Assembly: GCA_951406725.2 (NCBI GenBank) | Contig: OX597831.1 | Location: 35,774,001 to 35,838,000 of the forward strand | DNA from: Octopus vulgaris | Lineage: Eukaryota | Reading direction: 5' to 3' | DNA: 64,000 nucleotides | In this document: piece by piece, positions 1 to 12,974 of the stretch | Layout of the letters: each line of letters opens with the position of its first letter | Position numbering within the stretch: position 1 is the stretch's first letter | Position numbers and translations under genes: made by a program | Notes under the pieces: model-generated | What the model was told of the DNA's origin: nothing | The model's input: the letters and a program-made list of their open reading frames with translations, nothing else | The model's database searches: none

Positions 1-810
1 ACTTTGTGTGTTAGTGCTTTTGTTGTTCAACTTTTCAAACACACACATTCTGAACTAATCCATATAGAGGAAGTCGTTTTTAATAATGGTCCTGGATATC
101 TCCGGTTTAGCTTTGGATTTAAAATTCATATAAAGCATTTTTCTTTTTGCATTTTGTAGTTGATCATATTAGTCATTTATTTTTTTTTAGAAAAGTAATA
201 TTTTGAATTTTCCATTTGCACAAATCTCTAGCTGTTTACAATATGAAACATTTCTATAAGAGACGAAGTTTTTTAATTTGCTGCTTGTTCACACTCATAC
301 AGTTGTTAAGTTCTATTCCTGTTTCTCCAATGTAATTCTCTTTGCATTGAGGCTATGTAATGCGATGATATTTTATGTTTTGCCATTCAAGTTTGCCTTC
401 ACCTTTAATTCCTTCCCATTTTTGAAACATTTTTTTCACACGTTCCACAACAAGAGTCGTCATAGTTTGTTACCTGAATTATTTCTTTCTCCAACATGAG
501 TCTCACCCTTGTCGGGAGTCTCTTGAAGTTTGGTGGTTGCCTTCTGCCGTTGATTTGTGATCCTTTAGTTATTTGTCAGGCTAAATGTAGGATGTGGTTT
601 CTAGGATTATGGTTGACTACAAACGAAATATTTGTGTTTGTGCTTTTATTTTTACTCTCAGTGTTAGTGTTTTCTTTTTAAGTCAGACAATGGGACTTCT
701 TTTGCTTTGATTATGACATAATTTATTAGGATTTGGTGGGTATTATTGTTTCAGAGGGAACATGTACCGTTTCATTCATTTCCATAGTGAAATGGATCGA
801 TTCATCAATG

Positions 811-1130
811 CTCTTTACTCTTTTACTTGTTTCAGTCATTTGACTGTGGCCATGCTGGAGCACCACCTTTAATCGAGCAACTCGACCCCGGGACTTATTC
901 TTTGTAAGCCTAGTACTTATTCTATCGGTCTCTTTTGCCGAACCGCTAAGTGACGGGGACATAAACACACCAGCATCGGTGGTCAAGCGATGTTGGGGGG
1001 GACAAACACAGACATACAAACATACAGGCACACACACACACACACATCTATATATATATATATATATACGACGGGCTTCTTTCAGTTTCCGTCTACCAAA
1101 TCCACTCACAAGGCTTTGGTCGGCCCGAGG

Positions 1131-1178
<48 letters not shown>

Positions 1179-1336
1179 GATGGGCTTCTTTCAGTTTCTG
1201 TCTACCAAATCCACTCACAAGGCTTTGGTCGGCCCGAGGCTATAGTAGAAGACACTTGCGTAAGATTCCATGCAGTGGGACTGAACCCGGAACCATGTGG
1301 TTGGTAAGCAAGCTACTTATCACACATCCACTCCTG
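811..1336 (-). mobile_element. tRNA-derived SINE family A (GCAGGAGTGGCTGTGTGGTAAG head, internal TA/TG microsatellite, TAAAAGAG tail), with internal partial duplication
   Basis: Reverse complement of the copy at 1596-2003; segment 1069-1131 is repeated from about 1178. Confidence 0.9.
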
Positions 1337-1595
1337 GTGTATATTAATTTAAGGAATCTTGCAAGACCTTCCTTACTTTTGTTCCAAACTATGAAGCAGT
1401 CATTCAAGAATATTTTCCAGTTCCCTATTAAATAGAATTGGAAATGTTGATAAAATGTAATTCCAGAAAGGTTATAGAATTTTCTTTCTGGTTTCCCCAT
1501 CACTAGTTCCATGAACGTTTGTGCAACTGTGATTCCCATTACTGTGTCTTACATTTGTAGGTAATATCATTTATCCAATAAATAATTGTTTTTCT

Positions 1596-1760
1596 GGCTG
1601 TGTGGTAAGTAGCTTGCTTACCAACCACATGGTTCCGGGTTCAGTCTCACTGCGTGGCACCTTGGGCAAGTGTCTTCTACTATAGCCTCGGGTCGACCAA
1701 AACCTTGTGAGTGGACTTGGTAGACGGAAACTGAAAAGAAGCCTGTCGTATATATGTATG

Positions 1761-1793
<33 letters not shown>

Positions 1794-2003
1794 TTGTCCC
1801 CCCCCCCCAACATTGCTTGACAACCGATGCTGGTGTGTTTACGTCCCCGTAACTTAGTGGTTCGGCAAAAGACCCCGATAGAATAAGTACTAGACTTACA
1901 AAGAATAAGTCCTGGGGTCGATTTGCTCGACTAAAGGCGGTGCTCCAGCATGGCAGCAGTCAAATGACTGAAACAAATAAAAGAGTAAAAGAGAGTAAAA
2001 GAG
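1596..2003 (+). mobile_element. SINE family A
   Basis: A/B-box-like head (GGCTGTGTGGT..GGTTCAGTC), CCTTGGGCAAGT core, tandem TAAAAGAG tail; splits the PLE RT frame. Confidence 0.9.
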
Positions 2004-2370
2004 CAACCAATCGTAATCCTTTATGTATAAATTCTTTTGGGAATGTTTGCTGAATTCATTGTGGTTATTTGTCTATCCAGAATTCTACTGCATCCAATCC
2101 TAATCCCTAGGGGATATTTGGGCAGATACTGATTACCTCAAAACTCACCTGGATCGTCCCTTTCTTTACTATTTCTGGAACGTGGTTTTAGGCAGTCCAG
2201 GTCATCTTTGACGAAACTAGGGATGGATTTGCATAAAGGTTTCAAACATGTTTCAAAGAAATTGCTTAATTTCTTGTGCGTTAGTTGTTGGCTCTGCAAC
2301 AATTGGACATTATTTTAGATCACATGGTTTAACATTTTTCACATACGGTGTATGGGAGTTGTTCTTTAGT

Positions 2371-2773
2371 GGAGGCGCAATGGCCCAGTGGTTAGGGCAG
2401 CGGACTCGCGGTCGTAGGATCGCGGTTTCGATTCCCAGACCGGGCGTTGTGAGTGTTTATTGAGCGAAAACACCTAAAAGCTCCACGAGGCTCCGGCAGG
2501 GATCCCTGCTGTACTCTTTCACCACAACTTTCTCTTTCTCTTCTTTCTCTTTCTCCTTTATCTCCCCTACTTCCTGTTTTTTGTTGTACCTGTATTTCAA
2601 AGGGCCGGCCTTGTCACTCTCTGTGTCACGCTGAATATCCCCGAGAACTACGTTAAGGGTACACGTGTCTGTGGAGTGCTCAGCCACTTACACGTTAATT
2701 TCACGAGCAGGCTGTTCCGTTGATCGGATCAACCGGAACACTCGTCGTCGTAACCGACGGAGTGCTTCCATCC
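2371..2773 (+). mobile_element. tRNA-derived SINE family B (GGAGGCGCAATGGCCCAGTGGTTAG head), tail type 1
   Basis: A box TGGCCCAGTGG, B box GGTTTCGATTCCC; approximate target-site duplication atgggagtt(gtt)cttta on both flanks. Confidence 0.88.
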
Positions 2774-3849
2774 ATGGGAGTTCTTTACGCTGTTATTAAT
2801 TTCTTTGCGTTTATAGATTTTTAACAGTCCATAAAAGTTACTTTTCATCACCTCAAAATTAGCGAGGTATTCCAACATCCTTTGCATTAAGTTATCTTTT
2901 TAATTTGTCCATTTAATTACCAATTTTACTCATTGTTAATTTATCTTCATCTCTTTCTATTTTTTTGTTTCTGTTCTTATAAGAACTTTCTCTGTAATGT
3001 GTTTTGTCCATTATGACAATTATGCAAATAAGGCTATCCAACATAGTGCTAGCCTAATTCTTTACTGCTTTATATATGTAGAAAGCTGATATATGCCATT
3101 GGCTGGGGGAAGAAAGCTGAACACATCTTCCCTGCAGAGCCGTCAACAATGCATAATAATGAGGATATTTACAATGATGATGATGATTATGGTGGTGGTG
3201 ATAATGATGATGATGATGATGATGATGACAAAGCTGAGAAACAGTTACAGAGACAGTTTGAAAATTGCAGTTCTTTCCATGCACGCTGCATTGCAGTTTG
3301 AGAAGCTGATGCAAGGAAGAAAATTGCGATAAATATTGCATTAAGAGAGAGCAATAACGATAGAGAGAGAATCAGAGAGAGAGAGAGAGAGAGAGAAGGG
3401 ATAAAGAGAGATGGAGAGAGAGAGAGGAGGGAGGAAGATATGTGTAACAACTTGTCCCAATGTTTACAAATTATTTATAGAAACCATTTTACCAATCGAA
3501 TATATATAAGAATTATTTGTAAAGACAGAAATAAAGCAACACAACAAACAAACAAACCAAAAAAAAGCAAACAAACAAACAGACACACAAATGAATTTAA
3601 TAAATGAAATGAAATAACGTAACAATATAGCATAATATAAACACAACATATAGATAAAATGTATATATATGTGTATATATATATATATTGTAGAGGAAAA
3701 TGATTGGGAAATATAATTTTATTCAGTCGTACAATATTTGACAATGTCAACTCAACTCATTCTGTATATGAAGCAATTGTCAGCCTTTTATTGAATTAGT
3801 TAATAGATGTAGTATTTTGATAAAGGTAAATGGAAAAGGAATTTATGTG

Positions 3850-3855
3850 TGTGTG

Positions 3856-3942
<87 letters not shown>

Positions 3943-3954
3943 CATGTACATATG

Positions 3955-3985
<31 letters not shown>

Positions 3986-4002
3986 ATATACATGTACATA
4001 TG

Positions 4003-4035
<33 letters not shown>

Positions 4036-4146
4036 ATATGTACATGTACATATATATACATATACATATATATATACACACACACATATATACATATATA
4101 TGTATGCGTATGTATATACATATGTGTGCATATATATATTTATACG

Positions 4147-4195
<49 letters not shown>

Positions 4196-4630
4196 TTATG
4201 TGTACACACTCATCTATATATATATGTGTGCGTGTGTGTGTGTTTATGTGTACACACTCATCTACATATATATGTGTGCGTGTGTGTGTACACATTCATA
4301 TACTTACATATATGTTTTCAAAGATATATAAATGTATATGTATATGTATACATGTATGCATATATATATACATGTATGCATATATGTATACATGTATACA
4401 TACATACATATGTATGTGTGTGTGTGTGTATGTATACATCTACTCTTGTGAACACACAAAAACGTAAACACACAAAAACGTAAACACACATGATTATATG
4501 CCTGTATGTATATATATATATATATATATATACAAACACTCATGCATACACGTATATGTGCATATGTGTGTGTGTACGTGCCTATATTTACACATATAAC
4601 TATGTAGTTATGTAAATCTGTATATATGCA
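3850..4630. repeat. Compound (TA)n/(TG)n/(TACA)n microsatellite tract
   Basis: Direct inspection; source of the YI/CV pseudo-ORFs. Confidence 0.95.
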
Positions 4631-4932
4631 TGTAACTTTTTTTAAAAACGAAACAGAATGCCCTAAATATAAACCTACAGAATTCATTCTTACACTCACA
4701 CATGTATTTATTCACGCTCTCACTCACACACGTATATACACATACTTACAGGAGCACAAACTCAGACACACATGCAGGAACACACAGATGCACATACGCA
4801 CAGAGTTACTGATACATATGCATAATAAATAAATGCAATTCAAAGACAGGAAACACAACAAATCAGCGGAAAATAGGTGAGGACTATCATAGTAGTTGCT
4901 GTGGTTTAAAAATTATATACTTCTACTACTAT

Positions 4933-5670
4933 GAAGGCACAATGGCCCAGTAGTTAGAGCAGCGAACTCGCGGTCGGAGGATCGCGGTTTCGATTCCCAG
5001 ACCGGACGTTGTGTGTGTTTATTGAGCGAAAACACCTAATGCTCCACAGTTGGGGGTTGGCTCCCGCAGGGGGTTGTGGCGACCCCTGTTGTACTCTTTC
5101 GGCCCAACTTTCTCTCACTCTTTCTTCCTGTTTCTTGAGTAACGCTGCGATGGACTGGCGTCCCGTTCAGCTGGGAGGAACACTTACCTATTTCTTTTCT
5201 GCTCACAAGGGGCTAAACACAGAGAGGGCAAACAAGGACAGACAAACGTATTAAGTCGATTACATCGACCCCAGTGCGTAACTGGTACTTAATTTATCGA
5301 CCCCGAAAGGATGAAAGGCAAAGTCGACCTCGCCGGAATTTGAACTCAGAACGTAGCGACGGGCGAAATACCTATTTCTTTATTACCCACAAGGGGCTAA
5401 ACACAGAGGGGACAAACAAGGACAGACAAACGTATTAAGTCGATTACATCGACCCCAGTGCGTAACTGGTACTTAATTTATCGACCCCGAAAGGATGAAA
5501 GGCAAAGTCAACCTCGGCGGAATTTGAACTCAGAACGTAGCCGACGGGCGAAATACCGATAAGCACTTCGCCCGAGGTGCTAACGTTTCTGCCAGCTCGG
5601 AGGAACACATACGCCACAGAAACCGGGAAACTGGGACCATGAGCCTGGCTAGGCTTGAAAAAAGGCGCAT
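4933..5670 (+). mobile_element. SINE family B, tail type 2, interrupted by a family C SINE
   Basis: Same head as 2371; tail (gctgggaggaacac..gggaccatgagcctggctaggcttgaaaa) resumes at ~5599. Confidence 0.85.
5186..5598 (-). mobile_element. tRNA-derived SINE family C (GAGCTGGCAGAAACGTTAGCAC head; GTCGACTTTGCCTTTCATCCTTTCGGGGTCGAT core), internally duplicated
   Basis: Two tandem core+tail units; homologous to 40095-40685. Confidence 0.88.
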
Positions 5671-5831
5671 ATAAAAATATACTACTGCTGCTGCTGGTGT
5701 TGCTGCTGCTGTTGTTGTTGTTGTTGCTGCTGCGGCTGCTACTACTACTCCTGATGATAATGGTTTCTAATTTTGCCACAAAGGCAGCAACGTTGATGGA
5801 GGGGATGAATTGATTACATCGATCCTAGTGT

Positions 5832-6089
5832 TCGACTCTTTTAATTGTTTCAGTCATTTGACTGCGGCCATGCTGGAGCACCGCTTTTTGTTGAGCAAAT
5901 CGACCCCAGGACTTATACTTTGTAAACCTACTGCTTATTCTATCGGGGCCCTTTTGCCGAACGGCTAAGTCACGGGGGACGTAAACACACCACCATCGGT
6001 TGTCAAGCGATGTTGGGAGGATAAACACAGACACACAAACATACACACATACACACATACATACATACATACATACATACATACATACA

Positions 6090-6125
<36 letters not shown>

Positions 6126-6292
6126 TACATATATACGACAGGCTTCTTTCAGTTTCTATCTACGAAATCCACTCACAAGGCTTTGGTCGGCCCGAGGCTA
6201 TAGTTGAAGACTAAAGTACCATGCGGAGGAAATGAACCCGGAATCATGTGGCTGGTAAGCAAGCTACTTACCACATAACCACTCCTGCACCT
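5832..6292 (-). mobile_element. SINE family A
   Basis: Full head, microsatellite and tail in reverse orientation. Confidence 0.9.
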
Positions 6293-6303
6293 AAAAAAAA
6301 GTC

Positions 6304-6350
6304 TGCTCCAGGTGAGGATCGAACTCACGTCCTTCAGATTATGAGACTGA
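6304..6350 (-). pseudogene. 3' half of elongator tRNA-Met(CAT) gene; 5' half missing
   Basis: Minus strand TCAGTCTCATAATCTGAAGGACGTGAGTTCGATCCTCACCTGGAGCA: anticodon arm with CAT and the U31-U39 mismatch typical of eukaryotic elongator tRNA-Met, perfect T arm, then GAC and a T8 run. Confidence 0.8.
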
Positions 6351-7022
6351 AGTTGTTCCGAAAATAATGGCCGATTTCAGAAACATAATTTTATTCTGGA
6401 AAAATTAACAATAAAAATGTTTTGATTAGTCAAAGTATGACCTGTGAACATCTATGCATCTCTGCCATCGATCAACGAGAGTATTTATGTCCCGTTGATA
6501 AAAACCTATTGGTTTTGATGTGAAGAATTTTTTGAAAGCTGATTGCACCTCTGGTTTAGACCTGGAAGCTTCATCACTTTATCACTTAAATGCTTTAAAA
6601 AATGGGAGTCAATGGGTGAAAGATCAGGAGAATATGGAGAATGTGGTAAAGTCTCGTATCCCAAGTCTGTGAATTTCTGCAGCGTCATTCTTGCAACATG
6701 TGGCTTTAAATTATTGTGGAGCAGTATTGGGCCATGCCGATTCATGAATGCAGGTCTCATTTTTTGCAAGTGAGCATGCATTTCAGCGAGTTGGTTGCAA
6801 TAAACCTCTGCTGTAATGCTCTGATTGGCTTCAGAAAGCTGTAATGGACCATACCAATTGCAGACCACCGGACAGTCACCATTATCTTTTGCTCATACAA
6901 CTTTTGCTTTGGGAAATATTTGAGTGATGACTATCATAAAGGATCCACTTTTCGACATAAGTGACTATTTGGTCAAGAAAAGGGTCATTGGTGTTTCGCA
7001 GAAAGAGCATCGAGCACATTTA
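6351..7022 (-). mobile_element. mariner (DD34D) transposase remnant, C-terminal half plus 3' end
   Basis: LDQIVTYVEKWILYD, IMVTVRWS, ILLHNNLKPHVARMTLQK, ETLPHSPYSPDLSPIDSHFLKHL. Confidence 0.9.
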
Positions 7023-7029
7023 AAAAAAG

Positions 7030-7455
7030 TCCTCATACTCAGAACTTTCAATGAAGTCCTCGGAACTTTCCTGGAAGTCCCACATCCTCGGAACTTTCGA
7101 GGAAGTTTTCATACTCGGACGTTTTCAGGAAGTCCTCGGAATTTTCCGGGAAGTCATTATCCTCGGAATTTTCCAATAAGTCCCCCATCCTTGGAACTTT
7201 CCAGGAGGACCAAATCCTCGGAAATTTCCAAGAAGTCACCATCACTGGAACTTTCCAGGAAGTCATCGAAAATTTCCACGAATTCCTCGGAACATTCCAG
7301 GAAGTACCCCATCCTCGGAACTTTCCAGGAAGTCCATATCCTCGGGCCTTCCCAGGAAGTCCTCGGAAATTTCCCGGAAGTTCCCATCCTCAGAACTTTC
7401 CAGGAAATCCACATCATTGAAACTTTCCAGGAAGTCCTCGGAATTTTCCTCGGAA
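7030..7455 (+). repeat. Tandem minisatellite with core CCTCGGAACTTTCCAGGAAGT (~20-30 bp units)
   Basis: More than a dozen degenerate units; same core as 48555-49632. Confidence 0.9.
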
Positions 7456-7459
7456 TAAT

Positions 7460-7645
7460 AATAAGGATAATAATGTTAATAACAGCATCGAAACATTCCT
7501 TAGGAATGAGAAATGAGGTTCGAAATTTCCCCAAGACACATGATGAAGGTTGGAGGGTATACCAGCCGACGCGTATGAGGACAAATATGCGTCAAATATA
7601 AATAATGTACATAATTCCCCATCTCTTAAATATAGAACAGTATAA
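7460..7645 (+). mobile_element. Possible PLE 3' terminal (pLTR-like) fragment with degenerate hammerhead motif
   Basis: catgatga-a-ggttg-gagggtatac-cagcc-gacgcgt resembles CUGAUGA, stem II, GAAAC with core mutations. Confidence 0.45.
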
Positions 7646-8264
7646 ATTCTGGTTTTTAATTAAGATTTACATTCAGTTATTCCATTCTAAAGAATGGTTA
7701 TTTCAAGGAAAATAATAAGACCATTAGGAATTATTGATATTCGATGTAATTACTTCAAAATACTTGAATAATTATAATTAAAATGACATCTATAAAGTCA
7801 TAGGATGAAGCTAATGAGTTGAATATTTCTATTTGACTTTTGAAAGAAAGACTCCAATGAGATCAATTAATAAGTGATCCTGCAAATAAAATAAAATCAG
7901 ATTTGACGAAAACAAAATGACAAACAATATCGGGGCCTACTAAAGAAAATATATGTTTCATTAAAAGTTTGCTGTATTTTAAAATGTCAACTAGGTTCAG
8001 AAACACACAGACTCAGACTAACTCACTTACACACAGTTATACGTATACATGCATACATACATATTTGCATGCATATGATGAAAATGTTTTGGCTTATATA
8101 CGCGTGCGTATGTGTATGTGCGTGTGCATGCATGTGTATATATATGTATGTGTGTGCATATATTTATGCATATCTACATGTGTATATATACACACACATA
8201 TACACATGTACAAACATATACATACATGTATGTATAATTATGTGTATGTATACATATATATTAA

Positions 8265-8306
<42 letters not shown>

Positions 8307-8327
8307 ATATATATATATATATATATA

Positions 8328-8446
<119 letters not shown>

Positions 8447-9330
8447 TTACTATTTAAGAACAGAGATTTACATATCCAGTTTTATTCCGCAGTCAGCCAT
8501 GTCTTTTTATTTCTGCATCTACAGATGTTTCTTCTGCAACTAAGGGCACAATGCAAAACTTTGCATCTTGGTTTGCATTTTGCTGTTAATTGTCGCTTCT
8601 TCAGTGCATTTCAGATGCTGTCTGAACTAAATACATCCAACCAAAAATATTTCATACACATAGTGTTATTATTCTAAAAATGGCTTAAATTCTGATTGGC
8701 TCAACTCTGCTGCGTATTATTAATAATCTCCTTATTATTAATTTATTATTTCTTCTCTACCGACAACATGCAGTCTCCATAGAGACATGGATTTATTGAT
8801 GTGAAAATCTACTGAGAATAGTAAAACAAACTAGAGTTTTCCTACACTCATGGAGGTCAGTCAGCATTATTAAATGGTAAAAGTGAATATGGTACCTGAC
8901 AGGATTGTAATATCCTTAATTTGGAAATTTACCTTTACACACACACACACACGCACGCACGGACACATATGTGTATGTATATATATATATATATATATGT
9001 ATCTGGGCATATTTCTGTGTGTTTGCGTATCTATGTATATAATATATGAGTGTGTGTGATAAAAATAGAGATTCAGAAAGTCAACCAAAACTCACATCAA
9101 GCTCTCCGTTTGGGGTGTGTGGTTAGCAAGAAAGGCCATGGATAAAGCTGGGATGTAACATCAGGGACACTTTGAAAATGTAGGAATCACAACTGGTCAA
9201 ATAACAAGTGAAGTGAAAGAATATATGTTTATTTTATTAGTTGACAGCTGTTTCATACGCCATATTATTTACAGAATCAGCATTACATTACCCATCACAC
9301 ATATATAAAATACACATGGGTCTGACTACA

Positions 9331-9371
9331 CTACATTGACAAAGGGCAAATACCCTGAAACGCGTCTGTAG
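9331..9371 (+). ncRNA. Minimal type I hammerhead ribozyme motif, U3-A8 covariant
   Basis: CTACA|TTGACAA|AGGG-caaata-CCCT|GAA|ACgcGT|C|TGTAG: 5-bp stem I, 4-bp stem II, palindromic ACGCGT helix III, GUC triplet. Confidence 0.75.
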
Positions 9372-9559
9372 CTGTCTGACTGGCACTGTGAAGCGGCTGA
9401 CGTCCCTTGTTCGAAGGTTATAATGGACACAGTTTGTGTGTCAAATAGCTAGCTTAAGGCGATGGCCTCATGGAGCTAATCAGCGACAGCTTTAGTCTTA
9501 TATATCTATAAGACTGCCATATTAATATGGCGATAACAATTGATTTATATATATATATG

Positions 9560-10905
9560 GAGAATGAAGAGTTTGAATATTCAAGCTTTATGTTTTATTA
9601 CAGTTGGTTTTTATTCATAATAATTATCTGGCTCATGTTTCGATATCATTAATTGCATATTGTTGTATATTTATATGCAATGATTTATGCATCATTAGTA
9701 CGATCTCTTCGGAGTGTATAAATATGACATTGTCCGAAGAGGAATTTTCCTCCGTTATTAGTTTGACTTAGGCTTGGTAGCAGTAGTACTAAACCATGAC
9801 GTTCGTCAGTGAGCTATTTTTCACAACTGATTGTTTTGGTAAAATTCACCAGCACTCGTAGTAATGTTTGTTGAAGTTGGAAAATTTTCTTGGTTCGTTG
9901 GGTGGAGTGGTTATTTATAGAATTCTTTTCTTTTGAACGATTCTACATTCTTTATGGTCACGTGGTTTTCAAATAGATTTCAGGGTTGGTTATACTATCT
10001 GAATTTTTTGTGAAAGTCATTAATAGTAGTAGTGGATAATCACTAGACAGTAGGCACTACGTGGTCTATAAAAAGAAGCAGTCAGTTGTAATTTAAAATT
10101 TTTCTAACTTATTATTATTGTTTTAAAGTGTTTTTAGGTTATATTATACATAATCTTATAATTTGAATTCTGTTCTTATATTCTTTATATGCGTCTTTAT
10201 TCTCATAGTTACGTTTAGAAAAAATGGTTATTGAAATTATATAAATTAATACATTTTATTACTTAAATTTTTAAAAAGTAAACGTTTCTTGTGTAAACAA
10301 TTAAAACGTCTTTGTCTAGTGTTAACTTATTTACTTTTCGAAGTAAATATTTGGTATAATTCCTGCAGGCATAAATTGCTTTTGTTGACCCCCCAATTTT
10401 ATAAGGTTTCGCAGTACTAATAATTTCCATTTTAATGAAAATTTAATATTTTCATCCTTGAACGACCATATAAGCTTGCTAAGACTTGTTGAAAATTTTC
10501 TAGAATTATTTCTGAACGAACTTTCATAATTTGCTATTCTTTGTCTTATAAAGCATGAGCTAGCTCCTATATATTCTTTTATATGTTCCAGTCCAATGAC
10601 TGTGGCCATGCTGGAGCACCGATATATCAATATTATTTTTATTTGTTTTGACTACAAATCTATAGATGATGTTTCTTACATTTATTTTAAAATTTGCATT
10701 GCGTTCTTCTAGCAGTCATATTTTCTATCTACGTCTTTATTTTTAGATTTTATAATGTTCGTGTTTGTTTTATATTTTTACTTATTATCTTTATTATTAT
10801 TGTTTTCACAATAGCCGCTATTCTTTCTAGTCAGCATATGTGCCTGTTTTTTTAACTTATAGAATCTATGGAATTATTTAATTGAATAGTTTCCCTTTGA
10901 TAATT
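9560..10905 (-). mobile_element. PLE 3' remnant (GIY-YIG domain plus terminal region with degenerate HHR at ~9625-9716)
   Basis: RNIIYRFVVK..KEYIGASSCFIRQRIANYESSFRNNSRKFSTSLSKLIWSFKDENIKFSLKWK; downstream CCGAAGA, long hairpin, GAAAC. Confidence 0.8.
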
Positions 10906-11509
10906 GTTTATTTTCCTAGCGGTTCGGCAAAAGAGACCGATAGTATAAGTACTAGGCATCGATTTGCTCGACTAAAGGTGGTGCTCCAAATGGCCGCAGT
11001 CAAATGACTGAAACAAGCAAAAGAATAAAAGAATAGAAGACCACATGAACTGCAACGCACGCGTACACTTTTGTGGACTTTTGTTTCAGCCATATTTGAA
11101 AATATCGAAGAATTTAGTATAATAATTGTCATTACGAGGCTGTTTTGAACATAAATTAACAAGAAATTTTGAAGAATGATTTAAATTCAAATCACGTTCA
11201 AACAGAAAGTTTGTATCATATAACCAGGAGCAGTCTCAGATGGATTAGTATCAAATTTAAATCCAATGAAGATTGTTTTACCAGTTATATCATTCCCATG
11301 TTCGGTTGAATCAATTTTGATCGAGCAGAGATATAACCAAAGGTGTTCCAAGCATGAGTCTTTCATCATTTTTTTTTCAGACCGTATGCATCTATGATTA
11401 CATGATCCTGTGTGTTCTTGCTATAAGATAGCATGGTTTGATTTCCAGGAGAGATTTTGCTGTTATTTCTAGTAGATCAAATACCTGCGCAGAATCTATT
11501 TCATTGGTT

Positions 11510-12340
11510 CGTTACAGAATTGTGTTAATATACAATATTTTTCTGCCAAACATTGGTTGCACACTCATGCTTCCCCCGAGTAAATTTTGAGAAATTTTAC
11601 GATCGCTCATTTGATTTATATGCTGCAAGTTGCTTTTCACCTTCAGTATTAAGTTATATTTGGATAAATCGGTTACATTGTTACTTATTTGGAAAGTGGA
11701 AACTGCCAACATGCTGTATGTAGCAGCATTTGAGACAATTTTTCTGTCAGTTCAATGCAGCTAGTCTGTTTATCATTGCTTGCTGTTACTCTGGCATGGT
11801 ATGCAATAACTATTTTCTGGAATTTTTGATTGAGCAGCCAGCTGCTCGGGATGTTGCAATTGCATTTGCTGTCATGTTCATTTATTTCCCAAGTTATTTT
11901 ATACTTTTATTTATTTATTTTTGTTTAATAGATGCTACACTAAACATGCAACTATGGCTTACTTTCGCATTATTTTTGTACAATAATTTCTGATATTTCT
12001 GTCCAGGTGGGAAGCGAATACTGATTAATGTTAAGAAGTTTCTTGCTATTTTTATTTCCACATTTTGACTCTATATCATGTTAAACTACATAATGTTTCG
12101 TGTTGTAATTGTCTTCTCAATGTTTATGCATATATTTTGTAAGAAATTTATTTTTGTGCCAGCTGTTTTTTGAAAGATTTTATTGTCGGTAAGGTACATG
12201 CAGAGAAATTTACATGGTAACAAAAAGAATACTTGCTCAATGACTAATATTTTATAACATGACAAAAATCTAAGAGGTACAATAAGCCCCAAAGCGTGCC
12301 TAGTGTTATCGTCTGCATTCGATGAAATTATCAAAACAAT
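11510..12340 (-). mobile_element. PLE remnant (linker + GIY-YIG)
   Basis: RNIM*FNMI*SQNVEIKIARNFLTLISIRFPPGQKYQKLLYKNNAKVSHSCM, KCNCNIP..IAYHARV..CIELTE, NVTDLSKY, CNQCLAEKYCIL. Confidence 0.8.
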
Positions 12341-12974
12341 AATTAAATTAATAGTGTCTTTTCTTTACCGCATACCTAGTCTCATTGCCTAGTAATTATG
12401 CTGTTGTGCTTACGATTGTGAGATGGAGTTTTCGTTTTCCAGGCAGACTTCAAATTGTGTTCTTGAGCAAAACCTTTCATTTCACACTGATCCAGACCAC
12501 TCCGCTGTAAATGAGTAACCTTACGATGAATTGGTGTACAAGGGTGTGATGGTGACTCAGGAAAATCACTGAAACGGAGGTCACGCGAGACATAGTTTGT
12601 ATTCAGTGATCGAAAGGATGAACAGTACAGCCTGTTTGGAAGGCATGCGGTTTAGTTGTGAGGGCATTCGTCTCACGATCGTAAGGTCATGAGTTCGATT
12701 CCCAGTGGCGGCGGCGCGTTGTGTCATTGAGCAAGATACTTTATTTTGCGTTCTTTTTATCAGATGTGAGGAGTTGAGAAATGAAGGGTGGTGTAATCGA
12801 ATTTGCCCTTAATTGTTTTGTTTTGGTTTATATTGGGTTGGTGCATGACTATTGCGGCTTTTTTTCAAAAAATTTTATTCAACAAAAACAATAACATCAT
12901 GTAACAAAAACATTCCTTAAATCATTTCTAGCTGAGATACCCGGCCTTGCTCGGGATTAAAATGGCATAGATTT

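Larger units (their letters stand above)
60..3060 (-). mobile_element. Decayed Penelope-like retroelement (RT + GIY-YIG endonuclease), interrupted by three SINE insertions
   Basis: Minus-strand translation across stops and frameshifts gives PLE motifs in the expected order: SNFYGLLKIYK (~2830), PIVAEP (~2300), SFVKDDLDC, VSFEVISICPNIP*GLGLDAVEFWIDK (~2140), YYLQM*DTVMG..AQTFMELVMG and WKIFLNDCFIVWNKS (~1560-1380), IHFTMEM (~790), RQPPN (~540), CKENYIGETG (~345-315). Confidence 0.88.

Noticed and set aside
3817-4483. 200+ aa ORFs rich in Y/I/C/V/H/T (also at 8069, 28404, 57250 etc.)
   Set aside because: Translations of (TA)n/(TG)n microsatellites, which lack stop codons.
7030-7455. CRISPR-like array of palindromic repeats
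   Set aside because: Eukaryotic context, no unique spacers and no cas genes; degenerate tandem satellite.
6924-7601. 225 aa ORF
   Set aside because: Antisense mariner sequence fused to a minisatellite; no domain.
8555-8610. Minus-strand CTGAAGA with nearby hairpins
   Set aside because: No GAAA in register, and stem II and stem I cannot be formed consistently.
9240-9285. Minus-strand GAAACAGCTGTC (helix III-like palindrome)
   Set aside because: The upstream core reads CTGATTC and stem I/II pairing is lost; too decayed to call.
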